From the human T2T-CHM13v2.0 reference genome, Homo sapiens: a DNA stretch of 64,000 nt. The position numbers were made by a program, and so were the translations under genes. The notes below the pieces were generated by a model. That model made no database searches, had not been told where the DNA came from, and saw nothing but the letters and a program-made list of their open reading frames with translations. The stretch lies in NCBI RefSeq assembly GCF_009914755.1, contig NC_060941.1. One strand, 5' to 3'. Positions within the stretch are counted from its first letter, which is position 1. Each line of letters opens with the position of its first letter. Below, in pieces: positions 46,403 to 64,000 of the stretch.

Positions 46403-47823
46403 TGAGTAGCTGGGACTACAGGCTCCTGCCACCACGCCCGGCTAATTTTTTTGTATTTTTAGTGGAGACAGGGTTTCACCATGTTAGCCAGGATGGTCTC
46501 AATCTCCTGACCTCGTGATCCGCCCGCCTCAGCCTCCCAAAGTGTCAGATGATTTTAACAACTATGCTTCCATGACTTGCTGGGCTAGATGATATGACTG
46601 TAAAATGCCAAACCCACGGTTTAGCATCAAGTAAGCAAATTGTAAATGGTAGCGCTGCTCTGCCTATGACTAGTCTTGTGCTTTAAACTCAAATATTTGT
46701 TGGCCTACTGAAGTCACCACACAGAGAAAGATGCTTTTCATTCTCAGTAAAGAACTTTGGGAGATAACTGGGGCAGGCAGCAAGAGAACAGATGTCATAT
46801 GTCTAGCATCAGCAAACTCATCGGAACTGATGGGCAGCTCACTTTGCTTAGAACCTGCACCAGCATACACACGGGGCTGCTTCCCAGTCACACTGCTCCT
46901 GGGAAGGTAGGGGGGCTGCTGTTCTGCAATTAGCGTGGTTCTTTACCTCCTATTACTGAACTGCCAGAGTTCATTTGTGTTCAGTTAGGTAGATGACCAA
47001 TTCTTGTTCATTCCTATTTTCTTTTGCTCACTAATGTGTTTAACATTCACTAACCTACCAAATGTGATTTATTAGCGACTTTTTCTTTGAAGATGGAGTG
47101 GAGGAATCCTAGCACTTTCTGCAACATTCTACTGCTGTTATGGAACAGTGCAGTTATGGATGAGCGTCAGCCGGGGATGGGGAGAGGCTAGGGCAGTACA
47201 TGTGAATTGAGAGGTAGCCCCACCAGTGTGTTTTCTGAAATACAGTCCCACAGAGGGCAGTCTTGGGAAATTACTGTTCTCACACTCTTCTTGACTCTAC
47301 CCCTCCAGCACCTCCCTGCTATCCAAGGGTTGGGATTTTTAAAAAGAAAAACAAATTTTTAAAAAAGCAATGTGAATCTTTTGCCATCTTGTAAGGGTGA
47401 AAAGCCCCCTACCAAGTCGGGATGAACACTCATGCGTGTGCTTGAGGGCTTGGGAAAAAGACAGGGCTTGGCCCCACAGTGCAGGTAGGCCCAGTGATCC
47501 TATGATAGGGGCCAGGAGATGGGAGGTCCCCTGTGGGCAGGAGTTCAAATCTGTGGTATTATATGACTGATGCTTGATGAAGCAAGGGAGAGGGCACCAA
47601 AAACAATGGTAATTGTAAAATCTCCACCCCCTGAGGATATGTTTTCAGGTCTGGGTGACTAATTAGACTGGGAAACAAGGGCAGGAACGATGGCCCTGTG
47701 CTTGCTCTGCCCGCTGCCTCTGTGGATGTGTGGGCCGCTGGCTTCAGTCCTGCTTTTCTTTCTGATGGTATTGTTTATGCTATGTGTTTTTGCAGGAGGC
47801 CTGAGGTGGGCTGGGTTCTCCTC

Positions 47824-47875
47824 CTATGGCAGGGCTTCACTCTCCTCCCCCTTCTCTGTTGGGGCTTCGCTGTCC
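47824..47875 (-). pseudogene. LRRC37A4P: LRRC37A4P last coding-homologous exon (DSEAPTEKGEESEALP*)
   Basis: Acceptor CCCAG; stop TAG at 47826-47824. Confidence 0.85.
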
Positions 47876-47980
47876 CTGGGATAAGAATAACAATGCCAAG
47901 GTTTTGATTCTTGAAAGGAGCAATTAAGCTTCTCACCCCCTCCTCATTTTAGATGGGACCTGTGAGGGCTCCGTCATTTA

Positions 47981-48121
<141 letters not shown>

Positions 48122-48199
48122 CTAGAAGATAGAAAGGGAAATACTAATTTTGCATGTCCTCTGCCTTCCCTGGCCACAGCAATGAATCCTCCAATGTAC

Positions 48200-48254
48200 C
48201 TGACTCTCCCTTCGTGAAGAGCATCTCCTCCGTGGCAGAAACCTGAAAATGCCC
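48200..48254 (-). pseudogene. LRRC37A4P: LRRC37A4P exon, 55 nt (GIFRFLPRRRCSSRRESQ)
   Basis: AG/GT boundaries, open frame. Confidence 0.85.
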
Positions 48255-48914
48255 CTGGGGAGACACATGCACAAGACAGTGAGTGATGCAGCCATTTCCC
48301 ACGTATCTCACAATGTACTTCTCTGGTCTTACTAGGACTAAATGAGTATCTCAGTCCATAATCACAGGGAGAAGAACCACCACAGACCACATACCTGGGG
48401 TCTTGAAAATAATTCCATGCATGTGGGACTTTCAGAAGCTCTCCCATGTCTGTCCAGAAGGGCCCCACAATATAATGGGGGGACTTTGTATGTGGCTCAG
48501 CATGGAGCAGGGGCAGGATGTTCAGTCCCACTCACTCCCTTGGCCAAGTGCCCTTGTGCAGTGAACAAACTGCACAACCATGCTGGGCGGAAGCATTTTA
48601 TATCAGTCCCCTTTGGACTTAGTCTCACAGGCATCATTTGATGGGGGGGTGGGAGATGAAGTGGTTCTTCCTTTTCTAGATACTTTATTCTATAAGTTGG
48701 ATCACCTCAAGCAAATGTCTGAGTGCAGCTAGCCAAGTTCTCTATCTCAGTCTTCATACGGCTGGCTGTCGCTGATGAGTGAGTGAGCTACGAAATCAGC
48801 TTAAAGCACAACATGTTATTTTTGAATTTGAATAAAATAGGAAAAGGCAGAGTGCATTGTGTGACCATGGGGTAAGACACTCTCCCTTTCTCCTTCTCAG
48901 TTTTCCTGTCATAA

Positions 48915-49124
<210 letters not shown>

Positions 49125-49779
49125 TAGTATTTTTAGTAGAGATGGGGTTTCACCATGTTGGTCAGGCTGGTCACGAGCTCCTAACCTCAAGTGATCCCAA
49201 AGTGCTGTGATTACAGGCGTGAGCCATCCTGCCTGGCCTTTCTGGTTAAAATTCTGTGAGGTTTGCCTAAAAGGAATAGAGTAGGGACACAAAAACCAGT
49301 AAGATGAGAAAATAGTGTTTCCTCAGTTCTAGGATCCAGGGGAAAAAATAAATAAATAAAAGAGAAAATACTGTTTCCTGCCACTTAAGAGGAAGGACTC
49401 ACATATCCTACCTTCCATCAGCCTTGAAGGAGACAAGTGCCCTCTCTCTCACACCCGGTGGCCTTCCCTTCCCCTTTCCCAGAGCCTCCAAGAAGGCCCC
49501 TGGCCTGGCCTGATGCCCACCATCAGCAGCAATAGGCACCAAAACCTTTCTCCTTCCTATCCCTCCCCACCTCCCGAAAGGGCTGGGGACAGCAGGTGTG
49601 TCCTTGTTAGTTCCATCCAGCTCAGCTTTGGCTGGGGAGCTAATTTCACTGGAGCCAGGCTAAGCATTAGGGTAAGTAAGTATTTGTCCTGTCTTGGGCA
49701 GTTTCCTCACTGAAAAATGAGGGCAGAGTTCTAAGCCCTCCTCTAATTCTAAAATTCTAATTAAAACGTCGCGAGACTA

Positions 49780-50008
<229 letters not shown>

Positions 50009-50174
50009 CTGTTTTAGAAGAAAACGCAATTAAGATTATCTATGACAACAACCACCATCTCCAAATCTGTATTGATTCATTTTATTCATTATAAGTCTCA
50101 TCTACCTGATGAGGTAACTTTTTTGAAGACAGGAATTGCATACTGTGTAACACTGCTTTGATTCTTCCATAGTT

Positions 50175-50770
50175 CAGTCATCCTTGCTATCTTGCGGGGG
50201 ATTGGTTCTAGGATACCGCCCCCACACCATACCAGAATCTGTGGATGCTCAATCCCTTACACATAATGGTGTAGTATTTGCTTATAACCAACACGCATCC
50301 CCCCTATACTTTATTTACTTAGCGACAGGATTGCCCTCTGTTGCTTACGCTGGAGTGCAGTGTCATCCTCTGTTACTCAGGATGGAGTGCGGTGTCATGA
50401 TCACAGCTCACTGTAGCCTCAACCTCCTGGGCTCCAGTGATCCGCCCACCTCAGCCTCTTGAGTAGCTGAGACTACAGGTGCATACTACCACACCTGGCT
50501 ATTTTTTTTTTTAATTTTTAATAAAGACAAGGTCTCACTATGCTGCCCAGGTTGGCCTCCCAATGTGTTGGGATTACAAGTGTGAGCCACCATGCCTGGC
50601 CCCATGTAATTTAAGTCATCACTAATAAAATGTATACATATTGTACAGTGGTGACAGTTGTTATATTGTACTTTCTGTTTGTATTTTTATTGTTTTTTTT
50701 TCTTCAAATATTCAGCCTGATCTAGTTGAATCTGAAGATGTGGACCTGCTGATGAAGAGGGCTGACTGTA
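50175..50770. mobile_element. MER2 (Tigger-derived) DNA transposon interrupted by an Alu
   Basis: Termini CAGTCATCCTT ... GAGGGCTGACTG-TA; internal GGGGATTGGTTCTAGGA...CTGTGGATGCTCAA. Confidence 0.7.
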
Positions 50771-51099
50771 TCTAACTTAGGGTCTTGCATGCAGCTGGCA
50801 CTTAATACATTTTATTGACTGTTTTAGATAACATTCAACAGATAATTCCTAATAAAAACTCTTAAAAGTAGGAGAAAAAGGAAACCTGAGTCCTTCCTCT
50901 GAAGTGGCAGGAAAACTAGCCTGGGCAACATAGCAAGACCTTGTCTCTACAAACACATTTTTTAAATTAGCTGCCTGCCTGTAGTCCCAGCCACTCAGGA
51001 AGCTGAGGCAGGAGGATCCCTTAAGCCCAGGAGTTTGATGTTACAGTGAGCTAGGTCACACCATTGCTCTCCAGCCTGGGTGACAACAAGGCCCTGAGA

Positions 51100-51180
51100 A
51101 GGGAAAAAAAAGGAAAGGAAAGGAAAGGAAAAAGGAAAAGGGAAAGGAAGGAAAGAGTAGAAGTATTGGAAAGGAAGAGA
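51100..51180 (+). repeat. (GGAAA)n purine-rich microsatellite
   Basis: Seen directly in the sequence. Confidence 0.85.
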
Positions 51181-52794
51181 CAAAACTATCAATATTTGCA
51201 TATTAAATGAAAAATGTTAGCCAAAGAAGCCTAAGAGAATCAACTAAGATTTTACTGGAAGTAATGAGAATTCAATACAGTGGCTATCTACAAAATCAAG
51301 AAATCAGCACACAAACCTCAAATACTTTTCCCATGTACCACCAATAACTAATTAGAAAATGGAAGAAAGATCCCATTTACAATGGCAATACAAATGTATG
51401 AAGAATTTAGGAACAAAAATACAAAGATCTTTTATCTAATAAAAGATGTGTAAGATCTATATATGGAAACACTAAAGCTCTTCTGAAAGACATTAACAAG
51501 AAATGAATACATGACATGAGATAGCACGTTCCTAGAATGTTCTACAGATGTAAATTCTCAAATTAATCTACAAATTTAACATAATCCTATTCAAATCCCA
51601 AGATAGTTTTTGGTGGTGGTTGTTTTTAAGACAGGGCCTCGCTGTGTTGCCCAGGCTAGAGTGCAGTGGTACGACCACAGCTTACTGCATTCTCGACCTC
51701 CCAGGCTCAAGCGATCCTCCCACTTCAGCCTCTGAAGTCTCTCATATGGTGTCCAAGAAATGGTGACAAATCTCACAAAGGGACTAGGCTCAGCAGGGCT
51801 GGAATATTCAGGGAAGGTGTCAAGAAGAAAGATGAACTTGAGTTGGCTTTTGAGAGATGCATAGGACTCCCACAGGCAGAGTGAAATAAGGGCATTTTAG
51901 ATGGACAAACACACAGACAAAAGCAGAAATGTGGGTGGTGTGACTGGGGTATGGTGAGGGGCTGCTGTGGCTGGAATGGAGGGCTGCCACAATAATGGAA
52001 ATGGTAAATGAGGCAAATAAGGTTGGACTGGTGGCATAGCGTCAAGGTTGCCAGCTTTATTAAATCACTCTTCCAATATGCTAGCACTGGCCTGTTGGGA
52101 AAAGTAATATATCATGTAATCGAACAAAAGACAAACAGAGGCAAGCTCCAGGAATGGGCACTGTAAACAGGACTTGCCCCAGAGTAGCCAGATGTAGGCT
52201 TTAGATAAGTTGATGCAGGCTGAGCATCTCTAATCTGAGGGGGAATGTCTCACGTGGTGTCCAAGAAATGGTGACACATCTCACAGAGGGTCTAGGCTCA
52301 AGAGGGCTAGAGTATGAGACGTTCCCCCTCGCCTGCGAACTTAAAAATGTGGCCAACAATTTTTGTAAAAGATGGCTACTCTGTAGTGCTTTAACTGGAC
52401 CTATTTAGACAATGCCTTACACACTGGAGGACGATACTGTGTAAATCTAATAAGTCTACAAGACAATACTTCTGTCTTTTGGCTCTCTCCTTCCTCTCCA
52501 GGGTGATGACAAATCCGTGAGGGTGGAGATTATACCTCTCTCATCATTTCAGCACCAAGGAAATAAATTAGTGGCAGAGTAAGGGTGACTTGATGAGTAC
52601 ATCCAATTGTTGACATAGTTTTGGGTGGAGAAATTTTGCTATTATATCGACTTCTTAAAATAGTCTAGTGGGATTAACTTGGTTTCAATTCACAGAGATC
52701 TGGAAGCGAGGATCTTTTAAAAATCCTGAAATATACACTGCAATAAAAGAACAAAGCATACACCTCAGCCTTAAATGACTGAAGAAGTATGTCA

Positions 52795-53004
<210 letters not shown>

Positions 53005-53196
53005 CTAAAAAAAACAAAAAAACAAAAAAAAAACACACCAGAATGAGAGCTAACTATTCAAAACCCCAGTATTCCAGGTGAGTAGCTTACAGGTTCTTTT
53101 TTATTTTTTTGAAAGAGGGTCTCACTCTGTTACCCAGGCTGGGGTACAGTGGTGCAATCACCGTTCACTAGACTCGACCTCCCTGGGCTCAGGTGA

Positions 53197-53409
<213 letters not shown>

Positions 53410-53423
53410 TAATCTATATTTCA

Positions 53424-55185
<1,762 letters not shown>

Positions 55186-56787
55186 TCAGCAAACATTTGA
55201 GTGCCATTCAGAGAGGAGACACACACACCCAATCCTAAACCTATGAAATGGCAACAACAAAAGGAGAAAATATATCTTTTGAAAACACGGCCATCTACTT
55301 GGAACATTCCATAGTGTGACATAGAGTAACTCTGCTTAGGATTATTTCATTGATCCCCAGGGTCCAATTGCCCAGTGCTCAGTCAAAGCCCAAGGTGGAA
55401 GACAAGTGCTTCCCTGATGAGCTGATGAGCTGGCCTCTCTGCAGACTGCTCCATACCCTGTGCTGTCCTGCCTCAGATGCAGAGAGAGCACAAGGCTCCC
55501 GCTCTCCTCGTCCTCGGTGCGCCTGTGTTCTTGCTACCATCACAGCTGAATGCAATGAAAGGCGGTCCTCTGAGAGGAGCAGGGTGGAGATGCTAAAGTG
55601 GAGGCCCCCTCCCATTGCTGATAGATCCTCATCTGGCATGCGCTCCACCCTCCCCATTCTCTGCTCCCACATATCGTAGCCCCATCACAGAAGATGCGAC
55701 ATGGAAAAAAGCACTGTGTCCACCCTAGTTCTTAAATTTGGGCAGGGATTTGGGGTGTATGTTAAGAGTTTTTCAAATTTGCCAGATTGTATGCCTATGT
55801 TGTTAAATACACAGTGAATCTCTGGTATGATAGCAGTTTCTGGTGGGAGATGCATAGGACTCCCACAGGCAGAGTGAAATAAGGGCATTTTAGATGGACA
55901 AACACACAGACAAAAGCAGAAATGTGGGTGGTGTGACTGGGGTATGGTGAGGGGCTGCTGTGGCTGGAATGGAGGGCTGCCACAATAATGGAAATGGTAA
56001 ATGAGGCAAATAAGGTTGGACTGGTGGCATAGCGTCAAGGTTGCCAGCTTTATTAAATCACTCTTCCAATATGCTAGCACTGGCCTGTTGGGAAAAGTAA
56101 TATATCATGTAATCGAACAAAAGACAAACAGAGGCAAGCTCCAGGAATGGGCACTGTAAACAGGACTTGCCCCAGAGTAGCCAGATGTAGGCTTTAGATA
56201 AGTTGATGCAGGCTGAGCATCTCTAATCTGAGGGGGAATGTCTCACGTGGTGTCCAAGAAATGGTGACACATCTCACAGAGGGTCTAGGCTCAGGAGGGC
56301 TAGAGTATGAGACGTTCCCCCTCGCCTGCGAACTTAAAAATGTGGCCAACAATTTTTGTAAAAGATGGCTACTCTGTAGTGCTTTAACTGGACCTATTTA
56401 GACAATGCCTTACACACTGGAGGACGATACTGTGTAAATCTAATAAGTCTACAAGACAATACTTCTGTCTTTTGGCTCTCTCCTTCCTCTCCAGGGTGAT
56501 GACAAATCCGTGAGGGTGGAGATTATACCTCTCTCATCATTTCAGCACCAAGGAAATAAATTAGTGGCAGAGTAAGGGTGACTTGATGAGTACATCCAAT
56601 TGTTGACATAGTTTTGGGTGGAGAAATTTTGCTATTATATCGACTTCTTAAAATAGTCTAGTGGGATTAACTTGGTTTCAATTCACAGAGATCTGGAAGC
56701 GAGGATCTTTTAAAAATCCTGAAATATACACTGCAATAAAAGAACAAAGCATACACCTCAGCCTTAAATGACTGAAGAAGTATGTCA

Positions 56788-56997
<210 letters not shown>

Positions 56998-57190
56998 CTA
57001 AAAAAAACAAAAAAACAAAAAAAAAAACACACCAGAATGAGAGCTAACTATTCAAAACCCCAGTATTCCAGGTGAGTAGCTTACAGGTTCTTTTTTATTT
57101 TTTTGAAAGAGGGTCTCACTCTGTTACCCAGGCTGGGGTACAGTGGTGCAATCACCGTTCACTAGACTCGACCTCCCTGGGCTCAGGTGA

Positions 57191-57403
<213 letters not shown>

Positions 57404-57417
57404 TAATCTATATTTCA

Positions 57418-59179
<1,762 letters not shown>

Positions 59180-60781
59180 TCAGCAAACATTTGAGTGCCA
59201 TTCAGAGAGGAGACACACACACCCAATCCTAAACCTATGAAATGGCAACAACAAAAGGAGAAAATATATCTTTTGAAAACACGGCCATCTACTTGGAACA
59301 TTCCATAGTGTGACATAGAGTAACTCTGCTTAGGATTATTTCATTGATCCCCAGGGTCCAATTGCCCAGTGCTCAGTCAAAGCCCAAGGTGGAAGACAAG
59401 TGCTTCCCTGATGAGCTGATGAGCTGGCCTCTCTGCAGACTGCTCCATACCCTGTGCTGTCCTGCCTCAGATGCAGAGAGAGCACAAGGCTCCCGCTCTC
59501 CTCGTCCTCGGTGCGCCTGTGTTCTTGCTACCATCACAGCTGAATGCAATGAAAGGCGGTCCTCTGAGAGGAGCAGGGTGGAGATGCTAAAGTGGAGGCC
59601 CCCTCCCATTGCTGATAGATCCTCATCTGGCATGCGCTCCACCCTCCCCATTCTCTGCTCCCACATATCGTAGCCCCATCACAGAAGATGCGACATGGAA
59701 AAAAGCACTGTGTCCACCCTAGTTCTTAAATTTGGGCAGGGATTTGGGGTGTATGTTAAGAGTTTTTCAAATTTGCCAGATTGTATGCCTATGTTGTTAA
59801 ATACACAGTGAATCTCTGGTATGATAGCAGTTTCTGGTGGGAGATGCATAGGACTCCCACAGGCAGAGTGAAATAAGGGCATTTTAGATGGACAAACACA
59901 CAGACAAAAGCAGAAATGTGGGTGGTGTGACTGGGGTATGGTGAGGGGCTGCTGTGGCTGGAATGGAGGGCTGCCACAATAATGGAAATGGTAAATGAGG
60001 CAAATAAGGTTGGACTGGTGGCATAGCGTCAAGGTTGCCAGCTTTATTAAATCACTCTTCCAATATGCTAGCACTGGCCTGTTGGGAAAAGTAATATATC
60101 ATGTAATCGAACAAAAGACAAACAGAGGCAAGCTCCAGGAATGGGCACTGTAAACAGGACTTGCCCCAGAGTAGCCAGATGTAGGCTTTAGATAAGTTGA
60201 TGCAGGCTGAGCATCTCTAATCTGAGGGGGAATGTCTCACGTGGTGTCCAAGAAATGGTGACACATCTCACAGAGGGTCTAGGCTCAGGAGGGCTAGAGT
60301 ATGAGACGTTCCCCCTCGCCTGCGAACTTAAAAATGTGGCCAACAATTTTTGTAAAAGATGGCTACTCTGTAGTGCTTTAACTGGACCTATTTAGACAAT
60401 GCCTTACACACTGGAGGACGATACTGTGTAAATCTAATAAGTCTACAAGACAATACTTCTGTCTTTTGGCTCTCTCCTTCCTCTCCAGGGTGATGACAAA
60501 TCCGTGAGGGTGGAGATTATACCTCTCTCATCATTTCAGCACCAAGGAAATAAATTAGTGGCAGAGTAAGGGTGACTTGATGAGTACATCCAATTGTTGA
60601 CATAGTTTTGGGTGGAGAAATTTTGCTATTATATCGACTTCTTAAAATAGTCTAGTGGGATTAACTTGGTTTCAATTCACAGAGATCTGGAAGCGAGGAT
60701 CTTTTAAAAATCCTGAAATATACACTGCAATAAAAGAACAAAGCATACACCTCAGCCTTAAATGACTGAAGAAGTATGTCA

Positions 60782-60991
<210 letters not shown>

Positions 60992-61184
60992 CTAAAAAAA
61001 ACAAAAAAACAAAAAAAAAAACACACCAGAATGAGAGCTAACTATTCAAAACCCCAGTATTCCAGGTGAGTAGCTTACAGGTTCTTTTTTATTTTTTTGA
61101 AAGAGGGTCTCACTCTGTTACCCAGGCTGGGGTACAGTGGTGCAATCACCGTTCACTAGACTCGACCTCCCTGGGCTCAGGTGA

Positions 61185-61397
<213 letters not shown>

Positions 61398-61411
61398 TAA
61401 TCTATATTTCA

Positions 61412-63173
<1,762 letters not shown>

Positions 63174-64000
63174 TCAGCAAACATTTGAGTGCCATTCAGA
63201 GAGGAGACACACACACCCAATCCTAAACCTATGAAATGGCAACAACAAAAGGAGAAAATATATCTTTTGAAAACACGGCCATCTACTTGGAACATTCCAT
63301 AGTGTGACATAGAGTAACTCTGCTTAGGATTATTTCATTGATCCCCAGGGTCCAATTGCCCAGTGCTCAGTCAAAGCCCAAGGTGGAAGACAAGTGCTTC
63401 CCTGATGAGCTGATGAGCTGGCCTCTCTGCAGACTGCTCCATACCCTGTGCTGTCCTGCCTCAGATGCAGAGAGAGCACAAGGCTCCCGCTCTCCTCGTC
63501 CTCGGTGCGCCTGTGTTCTTGCTACCATCACAGCTGAATGCAATGAAAGGCGGTCCTCTGAGAGGAGCAGGGTGGAGATGCTAAAGTGGAGGCCCCCTCC
63601 CATTGCTGATAGATCCTCATCTGGCATGCGCTCCACCCTCCCCATTCTCTGCTCCCACATATCGTAGCCCCATCACAGAAGATGCGACATGGAAAAAAGC
63701 ACTGTGTCCACCCTAGTTCTTAAATTTGGGCAGGGATTTGGGGTGTATGTTAAGAGTTTTTCAAATTTGCCAGATTGTATGCCTATGTTGTTAAATACAC
63801 AGTGAATCTCTGGTATGATAGCAGTTTCTGGTGGGAGATGCATAGGACTCCCACAGGCAGAGTGAAATAAGGGCATTTTAGATGGACAAACACACAGACA
63901 AAAGCAGAAATGTGGGTGGTGTGACTGGGGTATGGTGAGGGGCTGCTGTGGCTGGAATGGAGGGCTGCCACAATAATGGAAATGGTAAATGAGGCAAATA

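Noticed and set aside
55350-56080. Repeated 97-131 aa ORFs in each array unit
   Set aside because: Intronic; they recur only because the DNA is duplicated, and one spans the junction by chance

Overview
Human genomic DNA, recognisable as 17q21.31 from recalled protein sequences (no database search was run). 1-30.6 kb holds the 5' half of PLEKHM1 on the minus strand: a CpG-island promoter, non-coding exon 1 and coding exons 2-5 (RUN domain and linker), in Alu/L1-dense introns; MIR4315 lies in exon 4. 40-64 kb is an LRRC37A-type duplicon containing a FAM215-like ORF, an orphan ARL17A/B terminal exon (+ strand) and the 3' end of a frameshifted LRRC37A copy (LRRC37A4P-like, minus strand). From 51,854 to the window end there is a near-perfect head-to-tail array of ~3,994-bp units (3 full copies plus the start of a 4th). 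Each unit carries the large LRRC37A exon and the transmembrane exon, both with intact splice sites. Smaller observations include an old inverted duplication in intron 5, a U7 retrocopy with nested Alus, a start-stop uORF, a stop-free circularisable exon 4 and an adjacent CLEAR/C-EBP motif pair. Most ORFs in the supplied track are Alu/L1 translations or chance ORFs.
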